IMG/VR virus record: IMGVR_UViG_3300027608_000014
Location: 1-64,000 of that record
Strand: one strand, 5' to 3'
DNA from: a virus
Length of the DNA: 64,000 bases
Shown here: positions 18,286 to 26,860 of the stretch, piece by piece
How positions within the stretch are numbered: position 1 is the first letter of the stretch
Layout: every line of letters starts with the position of its first letter
The notes under the pieces: generated by a model
Seen by the model: the letters and a program-made list of their open reading frames with translations, nothing else
Database searches by the model: none
Told to the model about the DNA's origin: nothing
Made by a program: the position numbers and the translations under genes

Positions 18286-19585
18286 ACGTAAAATTTTTGC
18301 TGCTCACAAGAAAGCTGGTCAATACTGCGTAGAGGGCCTGGACCCAACTAGCGCTCTGATCAAAGCCGCTAACCTTGATGAGCTGAATCCAGAGATGACT
18401 CGTCGAGTTTCTGAGATGTTGAATATCTCTCTCACGAAGTCCTTCATGAAGTCAGCCAGCGATAAGACCGCTAGTTTTCCTCTAGCCGACTGTGAAAAGG
18501 CAATCAAGGAAGTGTTTGCTGGAGAGGTTCACGCCAAGACAGCAGCTGTGCTCTCTGATCTTAATTGGGAGCTAGAAGGCAAGTCGCTCTCTATCACTAG
18601 AAAGATTGATACCAGCAACGACCATTCATTCTTTAAGGTTGCCAAGACAGAGACCAAAGAGGACATCAATCATCTGGTCAAGCAAGCTGAAGGGGCAAAA
18701 GACCTACTTCGCGTTGAGATCAGCAAGAGAGCTCAGGATCTACTATCCGCTGAGACTAAGGCCCTTCACACCTATACCGATATCATCTCTCACTTCAGAC
18801 AGAACGCTTACCTTCCTCAGAAGTTTGCTCAGTTCGAGGAGCGCTGCTACAGCGAGTACGGACTCGATGTCGGTCAGTATCTTGACTCGATTCACGTACA
18901 GCTAAATGAAGGCACAGATCGTGGAGACAGTGACTCTCATAAGAAGGCTTTCTACTTTGAACCAGACAGCGCTAATATCCTGTTCGATTCCCTCATGAGT
19001 CAAACAGATCAGATTAGCAAGCAGGCCTCTGAGTTGGTAATCGCCAAGGCGGCGTTCGGTAGCTTTGACTCTCAGATCAACCATTTCTATAAGCAAGCTC
19101 TTGGTGGTAAGCCCGAAGTCGCTGGCTGTGCCGGTGACATGCTCGACCTGAGTAAAAAAAAAGCTGACTTCGGCTTGCTAAGCAGTCCTCGACTGGAAGC
19201 TGCTGTTGCTTCACACGGTCAGCAAGGTTCTGACGCGTTTACCAAAGGCTTAGAGGCTGCTCAAAACAGAATCTACAAGCGTCCCGGTGATGAGACCGAC
19301 ATGGAGATGGACAATGTTCGTCGCCAAGCTATCCTAGCCGACCTGATGAGTAATGATGACATTATCTCAGGTCAGGAACCAGGCCACGTTCAGTCAGCCT
19401 ACAACACTTTGCTTTCGATCTCCCCACGCTCTACTCTGCATCGAGAGGTCGTCAGATCTGTATTGAGAAACGCAACTGCAGCTCAAGCGATCGATCCATT
19501 TACCGCCAAACAACTAGCTGACCTTGAGGGCCAGCACCTGAAGAACGAGAAGATCGAGAAGGGTCAGATGGCGGTTTCTCCATAA
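18272..19585 (+). CDS. Putative prohead core protein (KxA-rich, helical)
   Basis: 437 aa with KSA, KTA x2, KVA, KQA x3 and KKA sites; A9 run at 19154-19162. Confidence 0.6.
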   Translation: MNTAERKIFAAHKKAGQYCVEGLDPTSALIKAANLDELNPEMTRRVSEMLNISLTKSFMKSASDKTASFPLADCEKAIKEVFAGEVHAKTAAVLSDLNWELEGKSLSITRKIDTSNDHSFFKVAKTETKEDINHLVKQAEGAKDLLRVEISKRAQDLLSAETKALHTYTDIISHFRQNAYLPQKFAQFEERCYSEYGLDVGQYLDSIHVQLNEGTDRGDSDSHKKAFYFEPDSANILFDSLMSQTDQISKQASELVIAKAAFGSFDSQINHFYKQALGGKPEVAGCAGDMLDLSKKKADFGLLSSPRLEAAVASHGQQGSDAFTKGLEAAQNRIYKRPGDETDMEMDNVRRQAILADLMSNDDIISGQEPGHVQSAYNTLLSISPRSTLHREVVRSVLRNATAAQAIDPFTAKQLADLEGQHLKNEKIEKGQMAVSP

Positions 19586-19593
19586 GCATAACT

Positions 19594-20661
19594 ATGAACA
19601 AATTAGCTTTCTTAGACTCTATTCGTCAGGGTATTCGGGGCATAGTTGACAAGGGCTACAATGCTGTCAACGATGCTGCCAAGAGTCTTACCCAAGGGAA
19701 TCTTGATCCTCGGACTGGAACTTATCCCGCTGACGGACTGTCACTGGACCAACTTGGCAATAAGTACCACGACAATCTCGTTTACGGCCTAGCCGGAACA
19801 GCTGTCGGTGGCGGTATTGGTGCACTCACTACTGACACTGAAGAGGATAAAACATTTGGAGATAAACTCAGACATCGTCTACGTAATGCGCTTACTGGCG
19901 GTATTGCTGGCGGTGCCGTGGGACTTGGTGGAAAGGTATTTGTTGATAGCTACGTCACTAAGCCAGATCTCCCTAAGAGGCCTTCTTACTATGGTGCTGA
20001 ACTGGGAAAGAAAGTTGATAACTTTTTTGGAGTCAACAAAAATGAAAGTCTGACCGTCGAACAGGTAGCAAATCGAGCAAGGGCGGAAGCGACAGCCAAA
20101 CCGGGCGCGACACCGAAGTCTATTGATGCGGATGTAAAAGCGGCTGTTGAGGCCACAACCGCTCCTCTTGGACCTGTAGAGACCGCCGTCGCGATAGCTA
20201 ATCCAATGACAGGCTCAGAGGTTGGTAGGTCCGCTAGCGGTGCATTGATTGCAGGGACCCTTGGAGAGGGGGTCGTCCGCCTTGGTAATAATAGGATAGA
20301 TCCTATTGTTGTGAGCGATAACGTGAGTAAAAGACTGAATGACTTCAAGCTTACCAGGATGACTACAGGAACGCCAGGTGCCCCAGGAATAGCAGCTATC
20401 GATCCTGCACTAAAAGCCCCCGGCGCTGAATCTCCTTATCGTAAAGGATTCTCTCTGAAAAGACTAACCAACCAGCAGGCGCTTGATGAGATGACTCTAC
20501 TGAGAGACTCACCAAAGCCAGGAACAAGGGCTCTCAAGAGATACGGCCTTACAAATAGAATGCCGATCGGAAAGGGACCCAGGGCCCTTCAGGCTCTAGC
20601 TGCATTTGCGGGACTAGTTGGCGCCAACGTGGTCGGAAAACCCAACGTAGAACCCAAGTAA
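19594..20661 (+). CDS. Glycine-zipper internal/ejection-like protein
   Basis: MNKLA start; GLAGTAVGGGIGAL and GGIAGGAVGLGG hydrophobic glycine zippers. Confidence 0.55.
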   Translation: MNKLAFLDSIRQGIRGIVDKGYNAVNDAAKSLTQGNLDPRTGTYPADGLSLDQLGNKYHDNLVYGLAGTAVGGGIGALTTDTEEDKTFGDKLRHRLRNALTGGIAGGAVGLGGKVFVDSYVTKPDLPKRPSYYGAELGKKVDNFFGVNKNESLTVEQVANRARAEATAKPGATPKSIDADVKAAVEATTAPLGPVETAVAIANPMTGSEVGRSASGALIAGTLGEGVVRLGNNRIDPIVVSDNVSKRLNDFKLTRMTTGTPGAPGIAAIDPALKAPGAESPYRKGFSLKRLTNQQALDEMTLLRDSPKPGTRALKRYGLTNRMPIGKGPRALQALAAFAGLVGANVVGKPNVEPK

Positions 20662-21989
20662 TGGACAAGATTGTTTTCAACGACAGCTTCGACTATGGAA
20701 CTGATCTTCCACTGGCCACCATCGCTGATGATCCAATGGTCCTGCGTAAGTGCGCTTCGTCTGTCTCGGATGGATGGGGCAAGATTGACCCAATCAAGGA
20801 TCACACGTTGATTCATCTAATTGCCCTAGGCGCCCACGAGAAGACTGGTCGTAATAGAAATGCAGACTCTTGGAGAGAAAATGTTCTCAGGCAGAAGCAC
20901 GGAACATTCAAGACCCACGGCAAGCTCTACCACAACCATCTGGCAGAAGAGGGCAAGGAAGAGGGCTTCGTCCACAAGACCGCCTTCAACGAAGACATGG
21001 GCCGTGCAGAACTGGTCATTGCTGCAGATAACGATAAGTGCGCCGCCTGGCTGGGAGACGTTGAAAAAGGGAAACCAGTGAGTTTCTCCATGGGATTCAA
21101 GTGTACTCATCCAGGAGACGAGTGCTCTATCTGTGGTAACTTTGCAGCTAAGAGAGAAGATTACTGCAAGCATCTAAAGAAGAACGCCTCAGCACCGTAC
21201 GGACTGAATCGAATTCTTCCCGATGGTCGTGCGTGTTTTGCTTTCAACGATGCGGGATTCTTTAACGACATCTCCAAGGTTCCTATTGGCGCTGATCAAA
21301 TCGCCATGGGCCTTCGCAAGGTTGCGTCTCTGTCTTCCGATGAAGTGATCGGTGGAGCAGAACTAGCTGAGCAATACTTCATTCATCACAGCGATGTGGA
21401 TCACGGCAAGGTTGCCATCGTTCTAAAGCTGGCTGACATCGAGAAACGCATTGAGTCGATCGGTACTGGCATCAAGGGATCTAGAAAGAGATCCCTCTGC
21501 AAGGTGGCGATGGACAAACTTCGTGAAGCTCCAACTAAAGAAATGTTCCTCGAGCTGTCCAAGCTGGGAGCTATTCTGCCGATGGTCGATTTTTACAAAC
21601 TTGTTTTTGGTTCGGAATTTGCGAATCACGAACGCGCCATCAATAAGGCCGCAAGCTACGAGGCAAACTTTTTTTTAGCTATTGCAGCCGACAAGGAGAG
21701 ACTGCGCAGCGTGTGCTCCAATACTACCTACGATCCTGCACCCATTAGCCACGTTCGTTTGGACTACGAAAGTAAGCGAGCAATTGCAGCTGAGTATTCT
21801 ATTGATACTGAGCTTGCCGCAGATCGCGCCATTAAGCGTGCAGCTTTGCTTGACAGTATTCCTCCAGCGAATACTATTTCATCCCAAGATAACTATCTGA
21901 TCGACCAATACGGCGCTTACAAAATTAGCGCGTTGAAGGCGATCAGCCCAGAAGTGAACGACGAAATTCTTTTTGCATCACTTATTTAG
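20661..21989 (+). CDS. Prohead (capsid maturation) serine protease with Zn-finger insertion
   Basis: NRNAD...YHNH (His)...VSFSMG (Ser)...CSICGN...CKH...DIS. Lies upstream of scaffold and capsid genes. Confidence 0.75.
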   Translation: MDKIVFNDSFDYGTDLPLATIADDPMVLRKCASSVSDGWGKIDPIKDHTLIHLIALGAHEKTGRNRNADSWRENVLRQKHGTFKTHGKLYHNHLAEEGKEEGFVHKTAFNEDMGRAELVIAADNDKCAAWLGDVEKGKPVSFSMGFKCTHPGDECSICGNFAAKREDYCKHLKKNASAPYGLNRILPDGRACFAFNDAGFFNDISKVPIGADQIAMGLRKVASLSSDEVIGGAELAEQYFIHHSDVDHGKVAIVLKLADIEKRIESIGTGIKGSRKRSLCKVAMDKLREAPTKEMFLELSKLGAILPMVDFYKLVFGSEFANHERAINKAASYEANFFLAIAADKERLRSVCSNTTYDPAPISHVRLDYESKRAIAAEYSIDTELAADRAIKRAALLDSIPPANTISSQDNYLIDQYGAYKISALKAISPEVNDEILFASLI

Positions 21990-22029
21990 TTGCAGCGTAA
22001 CAATCTATCCCATAACATCCACTAAACAT

Positions 22030-23427
22030 ATGCATAAACAAGCGTCAGTAGGCAGTATCCTAGACTCCTTTTCAAAGTTCTACAGTCCCAAGACGGCAGG
22101 TCATGACTCTCAGGGCTTTCACGAATCACCCGCTCCTGCTACCAAGACGGACGAGGAAACTGCATCAGCTCTAATTACTCCAGGAACTAACGTTCCTAAT
22201 GCCGTCAACTCCGCTGGAGTTGACGCAGGAACATCGATGTCCTGTTGCCCCGCTAACATCCCAACTGAAGAGCTCGTCCGCAAGGAACAGAGTGTGTCGG
22301 CCAAGATCGCTGCGGCTCCAGGTAGCGTTGAAGAGCTAGTCAGTCGACTCTCTGGTAATCTTCTCAAGATCGCTGGAGGCGAAACACTGGCAGCCCAGAC
22401 GGTGGAACCGGTGGAACCAGTAGAAGCCAACAAAGTTGCTTCTGTCATTTCCGAAGTAAATATTGATCTTCTAGCGCAGAAGACAGCAGCCTTTCTAGCG
22501 GCCACCGAGTTTGGTTATAATAAAGCCAAGGAAGTCTTTGCTCCTCAGACCAAGATCGCAGCTCCCTCGCTCACTCTCCCAGAAGACATCGAGGCTCGTA
22601 TCGAAAGTCGAGTTTACGAACTCAAGACTGCAGGCCTAAACGACCAGCAGATCTACGCTCAGCTTCAGGCTGACGGTCAGGCTGACGCAGAGATCCTGAC
22701 AAAAGAGGCCGAAGTTGCGGAAATCACCCGGCACAATCTGGCATCGTTTGTTGAGCAGAAAATTGCAGCGCAACTTAATGCTGGCACCATTTCCTCACAA
22801 CAGGCTGAGATTCTACTGACCGATCTAGGTTATGAAACTGATACCGTCAAGCTAGCCAGCATCGAGCAGGCAGTTGATCATAAGGTTGCTTCACTCCGTC
22901 ATCAGTATCCAGCGATTACTGACGAGCAGATTATGGAAGTTCTCCAGAAAGACGCTGAGGCTGACGCCGCAGCGATGGTTGATCCAAATGCGATGCCTCC
23001 AAATGAAATGGTCGATCCAAATGCGATGTATCCAGATGAGAGGCCTCCAGGCGAGATGCCTCCAGGTGCCGAAGGTGAAATGCCTGCAGGTGCTGAAGAA
23101 GAATTGGCCGCTCAATTGCAGCAGGCCATTGCTGAACTACAGCAGGCAGTTGAAGCGGGACAGATGACTGAAGAGCAGGCTCTACAGTTGCTTGAAGAGG
23201 CCGGTCTAGACGTTCAAGGGATGCTCGCTGCTGCAGGCGCTGCGCTTGAAGCCCCAGTCGCTGAAGGTGCAGAGGCTCTTCCAGCCGATGCCTACGCAGC
23301 TGAGGAGGGGGCCGAAAAGAAAGAAGCCGCTCTGACCGATCTCATTGCTGCAGCTGACAGGGCTTATCTAGCGGGTAGTCTCACTAAGGCTCAGGCCAAT
23401 TCAATGGTCGCAGCTCTCAAAGCTTAA
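22030..23427 (+). CDS. Capsid scaffolding protein
   Basis: Start reassigned to ATG 22030. Acidic Ala/Glu/Gln-rich and helical; 14 of 22 Lys are in KxA; sits between protease and capsid genes. Confidence 0.7.
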   Translation: MHKQASVGSILDSFSKFYSPKTAGHDSQGFHESPAPATKTDEETASALITPGTNVPNAVNSAGVDAGTSMSCCPANIPTEELVRKEQSVSAKIAAAPGSVEELVSRLSGNLLKIAGGETLAAQTVEPVEPVEANKVASVISEVNIDLLAQKTAAFLAATEFGYNKAKEVFAPQTKIAAPSLTLPEDIEARIESRVYELKTAGLNDQQIYAQLQADGQADAEILTKEAEVAEITRHNLASFVEQKIAAQLNAGTISSQQAEILLTDLGYETDTVKLASIEQAVDHKVASLRHQYPAITDEQIMEVLQKDAEADAAAMVDPNAMPPNEMVDPNAMYPDERPPGEMPPGAEGEMPAGAEEELAAQLQQAIAELQQAVEAGQMTEEQALQLLEEAGLDVQGMLAAAGAALEAPVAEGAEALPADAYAAEEGAEKKEAALTDLIAAADRAYLAGSLTKAQANSMVAALKA

Positions 23428-23434
23428 TTATCAC

Positions 23435-23827
23435 ATGGACTCACAGATCGAATCAGTAATTGCGGACTCCAAGGCTCTGCTCGCTCTTGCGGGTCCAGCT
23501 TTTGAGGCTCAGAAAAAAGTAGCAGCCCTAGAAACTTCCAAGGTAGAGTTGCTCTCCAAGGTAGCTTCATTGGAGAAAGCTAGCACCGATCGCGAATCGA
23601 TCATCAAGACTGCTGCCGATGAAGCTGCAGAATTCTTTGATGCTCGTGGTATGCTCAAGGTGTCAGCCGAAGACTTCAGTGCCCGTCTTCAGTCAAATCC
23701 CGCCGAGATCTTTTCTGTAGTACAGAAGTTTACAGATGCTTCGACCCAAAAAGAAGCGGGCGCACCAATGGAAAATACATTGGCTGACGATGGACTTGAT
23801 CCAATTCAAAGATTTGTTCGTAGCTAA
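23435..23827 (+). CDS. Small scaffolding-like coiled-coil protein
   Basis: 130 aa; KVA x2, KTA, KEA. Confidence 0.6.
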   Translation: MDSQIESVIADSKALLALAGPAFEAQKKVAALETSKVELLSKVASLEKASTDRESIIKTAADEAAEFFDARGMLKVSAEDFSARLQSNPAEIFSVVQKFTDASTQKEAGAPMENTLADDGLDPIQRFVRS

Positions 23828-23869
23828 AAGATTTTTCTTTTAAGCCATAAACTTTTCATCTAATATTCT

Positions 23870-23997
23870 CAACATTCAAGCGAGTCAAAGGCCAGAGCCA
23901 GAGACTCACAATCACCCGCGACGCTAACAGTGACAGAGATAGATCTCTGCTCGGAGCACCAACACTAATTCCAAAATAAAGGAATCATCACTCTATT
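23870..23997 (+). promoter_or_regulatory. Structured 5' leader of the capsid operon
   Basis: 170-bp intergenic gap with TAATAT at 23861 and several hairpins (e.g. CAGAGA-TAGA-TCTCTG). Confidence 0.4.
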
Positions 23998-24528
23998 ATG
24001 AGTATCGCAAATAAAGTTAACTTCAAGAAGGGCTGGCCCTCTTCCACTATCCTGGAAACGGTCGCACTTCCTCCAGCTTCTGGAACACTAGAAGCAGGTA
24101 TGGTCGGGTATCTCGACTACGCTACAGGCAAGTGGGTTCTGGGTATGACACAGTCCATTGTTGGTCTGTCTCAGGTCCCCCATATCTTCCACAATGACGC
24201 AGCTGACGGTGACGTCGGTAATGCCTCAGCAGACAACTTCATCTCAAACCCAGTCAAATTCGGCGGTGTTCATGGAATTTCCCTTCAGAACCCTCTGGAG
24301 ATCGAAACCACACAGTTTACAGCCAATTCTCTGCTCGTCCCAGGTGCTGGTGTTTACGCAGCAGCTGGAACCGGTCTTCTGACTTATGGTTCTCTTCCTG
24401 CCTCTCTAACAACTAGCATCGGTGGTGGCAATAAGGTGATCATCGGAATCGTAACTGAAGCCTCGCACAGCTACCAGGGCCTCAACTACATCACGATCGT
24501 TCCGATCCAGCCAGTTCTACAGGCCTAA
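23998..24528 (+). CDS. Putative head decoration/cement protein
   Basis: 176 aa, beta-rich, immediately upstream of the capsid gene. Confidence 0.55.
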   Translation: MSIANKVNFKKGWPSSTILETVALPPASGTLEAGMVGYLDYATGKWVLGMTQSIVGLSQVPHIFHNDAADGDVGNASADNFISNPVKFGGVHGISLQNPLEIETTQFTANSLLVPGAGVYAAAGTGLLTYGSLPASLTTSIGGGNKVIIGIVTEASHSYQGLNYITIVPIQPVLQA

Positions 24529-24549
24529 TTCTAAAAGGAACAACTAATC

Positions 24550-25632
24550 ATGTCTAATACAAATTCAGTTCTCAGCACCCAGTTCTTCTCCAAGCTCGCG
24601 TCTTCGGACCCAGGCGTGCAGAAGCAAGCCGCAGAAGCCGCAACAGACTACACTCGTATCACTCTTCGTGACGAGGGTATCCTACGTAAGATTCTCCCAG
24701 TAGAGTCGATCACCGAAGCGCAGCTGGACAACCAGCTCAACACTGACCAGCCGGTCAAGATCGTTGAGAAGGAAGTTCAGACTCCTCTTGGAGCCTCAGT
24801 GCCCTTCAGCACTCTGCCAAGCAACGTTGAGATGAACTTCAGCAAGTACTCAGTCAACTTTGCTCGCATCTTGACCAAGAACTTCATCAAGGACGTTCAG
24901 CTTCTAAAGGGTTATAATACCGACATCCGCAACATCTTCAAAGACAATGCGATCAAGGACATGATGACCGCCGAAGACGTGCCTTTCATGGCCCTCATCG
25001 ATGCGATCGTTACTCCGCAGTCGACGCTCGTTCAGGCAACGGCCGCCGCGACCGCTCTGGCTACCCCAACAGAAGTTGCAGCTCGTATCGCTGATACCAC
25101 TGGTGTCTACGGTAACCAGGTCAGCAAACTAACTGGCAAAGTGCAGTACTACGATTGGACCCATGCAAATGGTAACCCTCTCGGTGCCGCTCTTGGATTC
25201 TCCCGTGATTCGCTGGTCGAATCCAAGAAGATCCTGTTGAAGGCTCACTCGCTGACCAACGCTGGCGTGTCGACCCCGATCCGCAACAAGCCAGCCCTCG
25301 TCCTCATGAACGCTAATACGTTCAGCGAATACGAGAAGTTCACTCGCGACAACATGGGTGGCGACAAGTCCCAGGAACTCTTTGAAAAGGGTGTTTCCGA
25401 AGGAACATATAACGGTCTGAAGCACGTTACCACGCTCAAGGATGATATCGTCCTCGACGGTATGGCGTACTACTTTGCCGCGCCAGAATTCCTAGGCCGC
25501 GCCTACGAACTCCAGTCCCCAACAATGTTCATGGAGCTTCGTGCATACCTGCTCGAGTTCTTCGCTTACAGCTGCCTGGGCGCCTCAATCGGCAACCCTT
25601 ATGCAGTGGCTGCTGTTCGTTTCTTCAGATAA
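24550..25632 (+). CDS. Major capsid protein (HK97-fold, inferred)
   Basis: 360 aa after protease/scaffold genes; strongly biased codon use; followed by a strong terminator; C-terminal IGNPYAVAAVRF; KxA at residues 15 and 25. Confidence 0.8.
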   Translation: MSNTNSVLSTQFFSKLASSDPGVQKQAAEAATDYTRITLRDEGILRKILPVESITEAQLDNQLNTDQPVKIVEKEVQTPLGASVPFSTLPSNVEMNFSKYSVNFARILTKNFIKDVQLLKGYNTDIRNIFKDNAIKDMMTAEDVPFMALIDAIVTPQSTLVQATAAATALATPTEVAARIADTTGVYGNQVSKLTGKVQYYDWTHANGNPLGAALGFSRDSLVESKKILLKAHSLTNAGVSTPIRNKPALVLMNANTFSEYEKFTRDNMGGDKSQELFEKGVSEGTYNGLKHVTTLKDDIVLDGMAYYFAAPEFLGRAYELQSPTMFMELRAYLLEFFAYSCLGASIGNPYAVAAVRFFR

Positions 25633-25651
25633 GCTAGGATCAACAATTAAC

Positions 25652-25685
25652 AAAGGCCACACAGAAATGTGTGGCCTTTTTGTTG
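25652..25685 (+). terminator. Intrinsic terminator after the capsid gene
   Basis: AAAGGCCACACA-GAAA-TGTGTGGCCTTT-TT. Confidence 0.85.
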
Positions 25686-25743
25686 TCTATGTATCAATAT
25701 CAATCTTCCCAACTCATACTAACCACGCTACAATAACCCGCAA

Positions 25744-26157
25744 ATGCAAGACCTCGAATTTATTAACGCTCCGCAGACTGGAGAATCCGCTGAAACTTAC
25801 TTGGGCCGAATTGCTGTTGCTATGCGTGGGACATCTTCTCGTGGTCTCACCTCCAGTGCCCGCTTTACTAGCGCGGACCAATCGGCAGCTGTGGCCAGTG
25901 TCACCCCGGTTCCAACTACTGGACAAAAACTTGTCATCACTGATCTGATCGTTTCTGTTGGAAGCGCTCTAACAGTTAACTTTACAGAAGAGACTACAGG
26001 AACGGTATTACTGACACTATACATGGCAGCAAACTCCACTGTGACCGTCTCTCCTCGTGGGCTCTTTAAGCTAACCACGATCAATAAAAGGCTACAGGTC
26101 CAGACTAGCGGTGCCGGAAACATCTCGGTCCTAGCCTTCTACCGATCCGAAGCGTAA
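25744..26157 (+). CDS. Putative virion structural protein (beta-sandwich)
   Basis: 137 aa, Thr/Ser/Val-rich; TACAAT 9 nt upstream. Confidence 0.55.
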   Translation: MQDLEFINAPQTGESAETYLGRIAVAMRGTSSRGLTSSARFTSADQSAAVASVTPVPTTGQKLVITDLIVSVGSALTVNFTEETTGTVLLTLYMAANSTVTVSPRGLFKLTTINKRLQVQTSGAGNISVLAFYRSEA

Positions 26158-26206
26158 TACCTCTGACGACGGGGCCTTTTGATGTCGCCTCTTTGATTTC
26201 ATAATT

Positions 26207-26860
26207 ATGTCTCTCCTTAGATTCAGTCAGACCTTCATATTTCCAGGAACACTTGTCGACGAACAGGTGTTCGGGATCTTTACTGCTGATGTCGGCGTAA
26301 ACATCAATCAGGCTCAGATATCCTGCCAGACTGCTCCTACAGGAGCCAACGTAACTGTAGATCTAGTCAATGGAGCAGGAACCTCTTTGTCCGCACTAGC
26401 AACTCTGACTGCTGCCTCAAAGGATCAAGTTACCACCTTTAATTCGCCAATTTCTGTAGCAGCGAATGAGACCATAAGAGCGAAGATCAAATCTATTGGA
26501 AGTTCCGAGCCAGGAGTGTTTCTAGTTCTTACAATCATTGGAACGTACGATCCCACTGAAATAGATGAAGTCTTCCCAGATGCCGTTGATGTCTGCACGT
26601 TGTTCGGCTATCAGTATGTGAACGGACTGCCAACCGTAGGCACTCGCGTCTCGATCAGACTAAATGAATCGCCAGTTATATCCTCGACGACCGTTTTCGA
26701 ACACGAGCCTCGCAGCGTGGATACAGATGAAGATGGATACTGGGAGATGGATCTGGTACAAAACCAGAACTACTTGCTGACTATCTGGAAGTCTGGCATT
26801 CTCAATCAGTCGATTGTGATTCCGGCTCAAAACACTTGCAACGTAGCCACACTAATTTAA
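26207..26860 (+). CDS. Putative virion structural protein with two beta domains
   Basis: 217 aa; TAPTGA..VDL motif and a transthyretin-like TDEDGYWEMDL segment. Confidence 0.5.
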   Translation: MSLLRFSQTFIFPGTLVDEQVFGIFTADVGVNINQAQISCQTAPTGANVTVDLVNGAGTSLSALATLTAASKDQVTTFNSPISVAANETIRAKIKSIGSSEPGVFLVLTIIGTYDPTEIDEVFPDAVDVCTLFGYQYVNGLPTVGTRVSIRLNESPVISSTTVFEHEPRSVDTDEDGYWEMDLVQNQNYLLTIWKSGILNQSIVIPAQNTCNVATLI

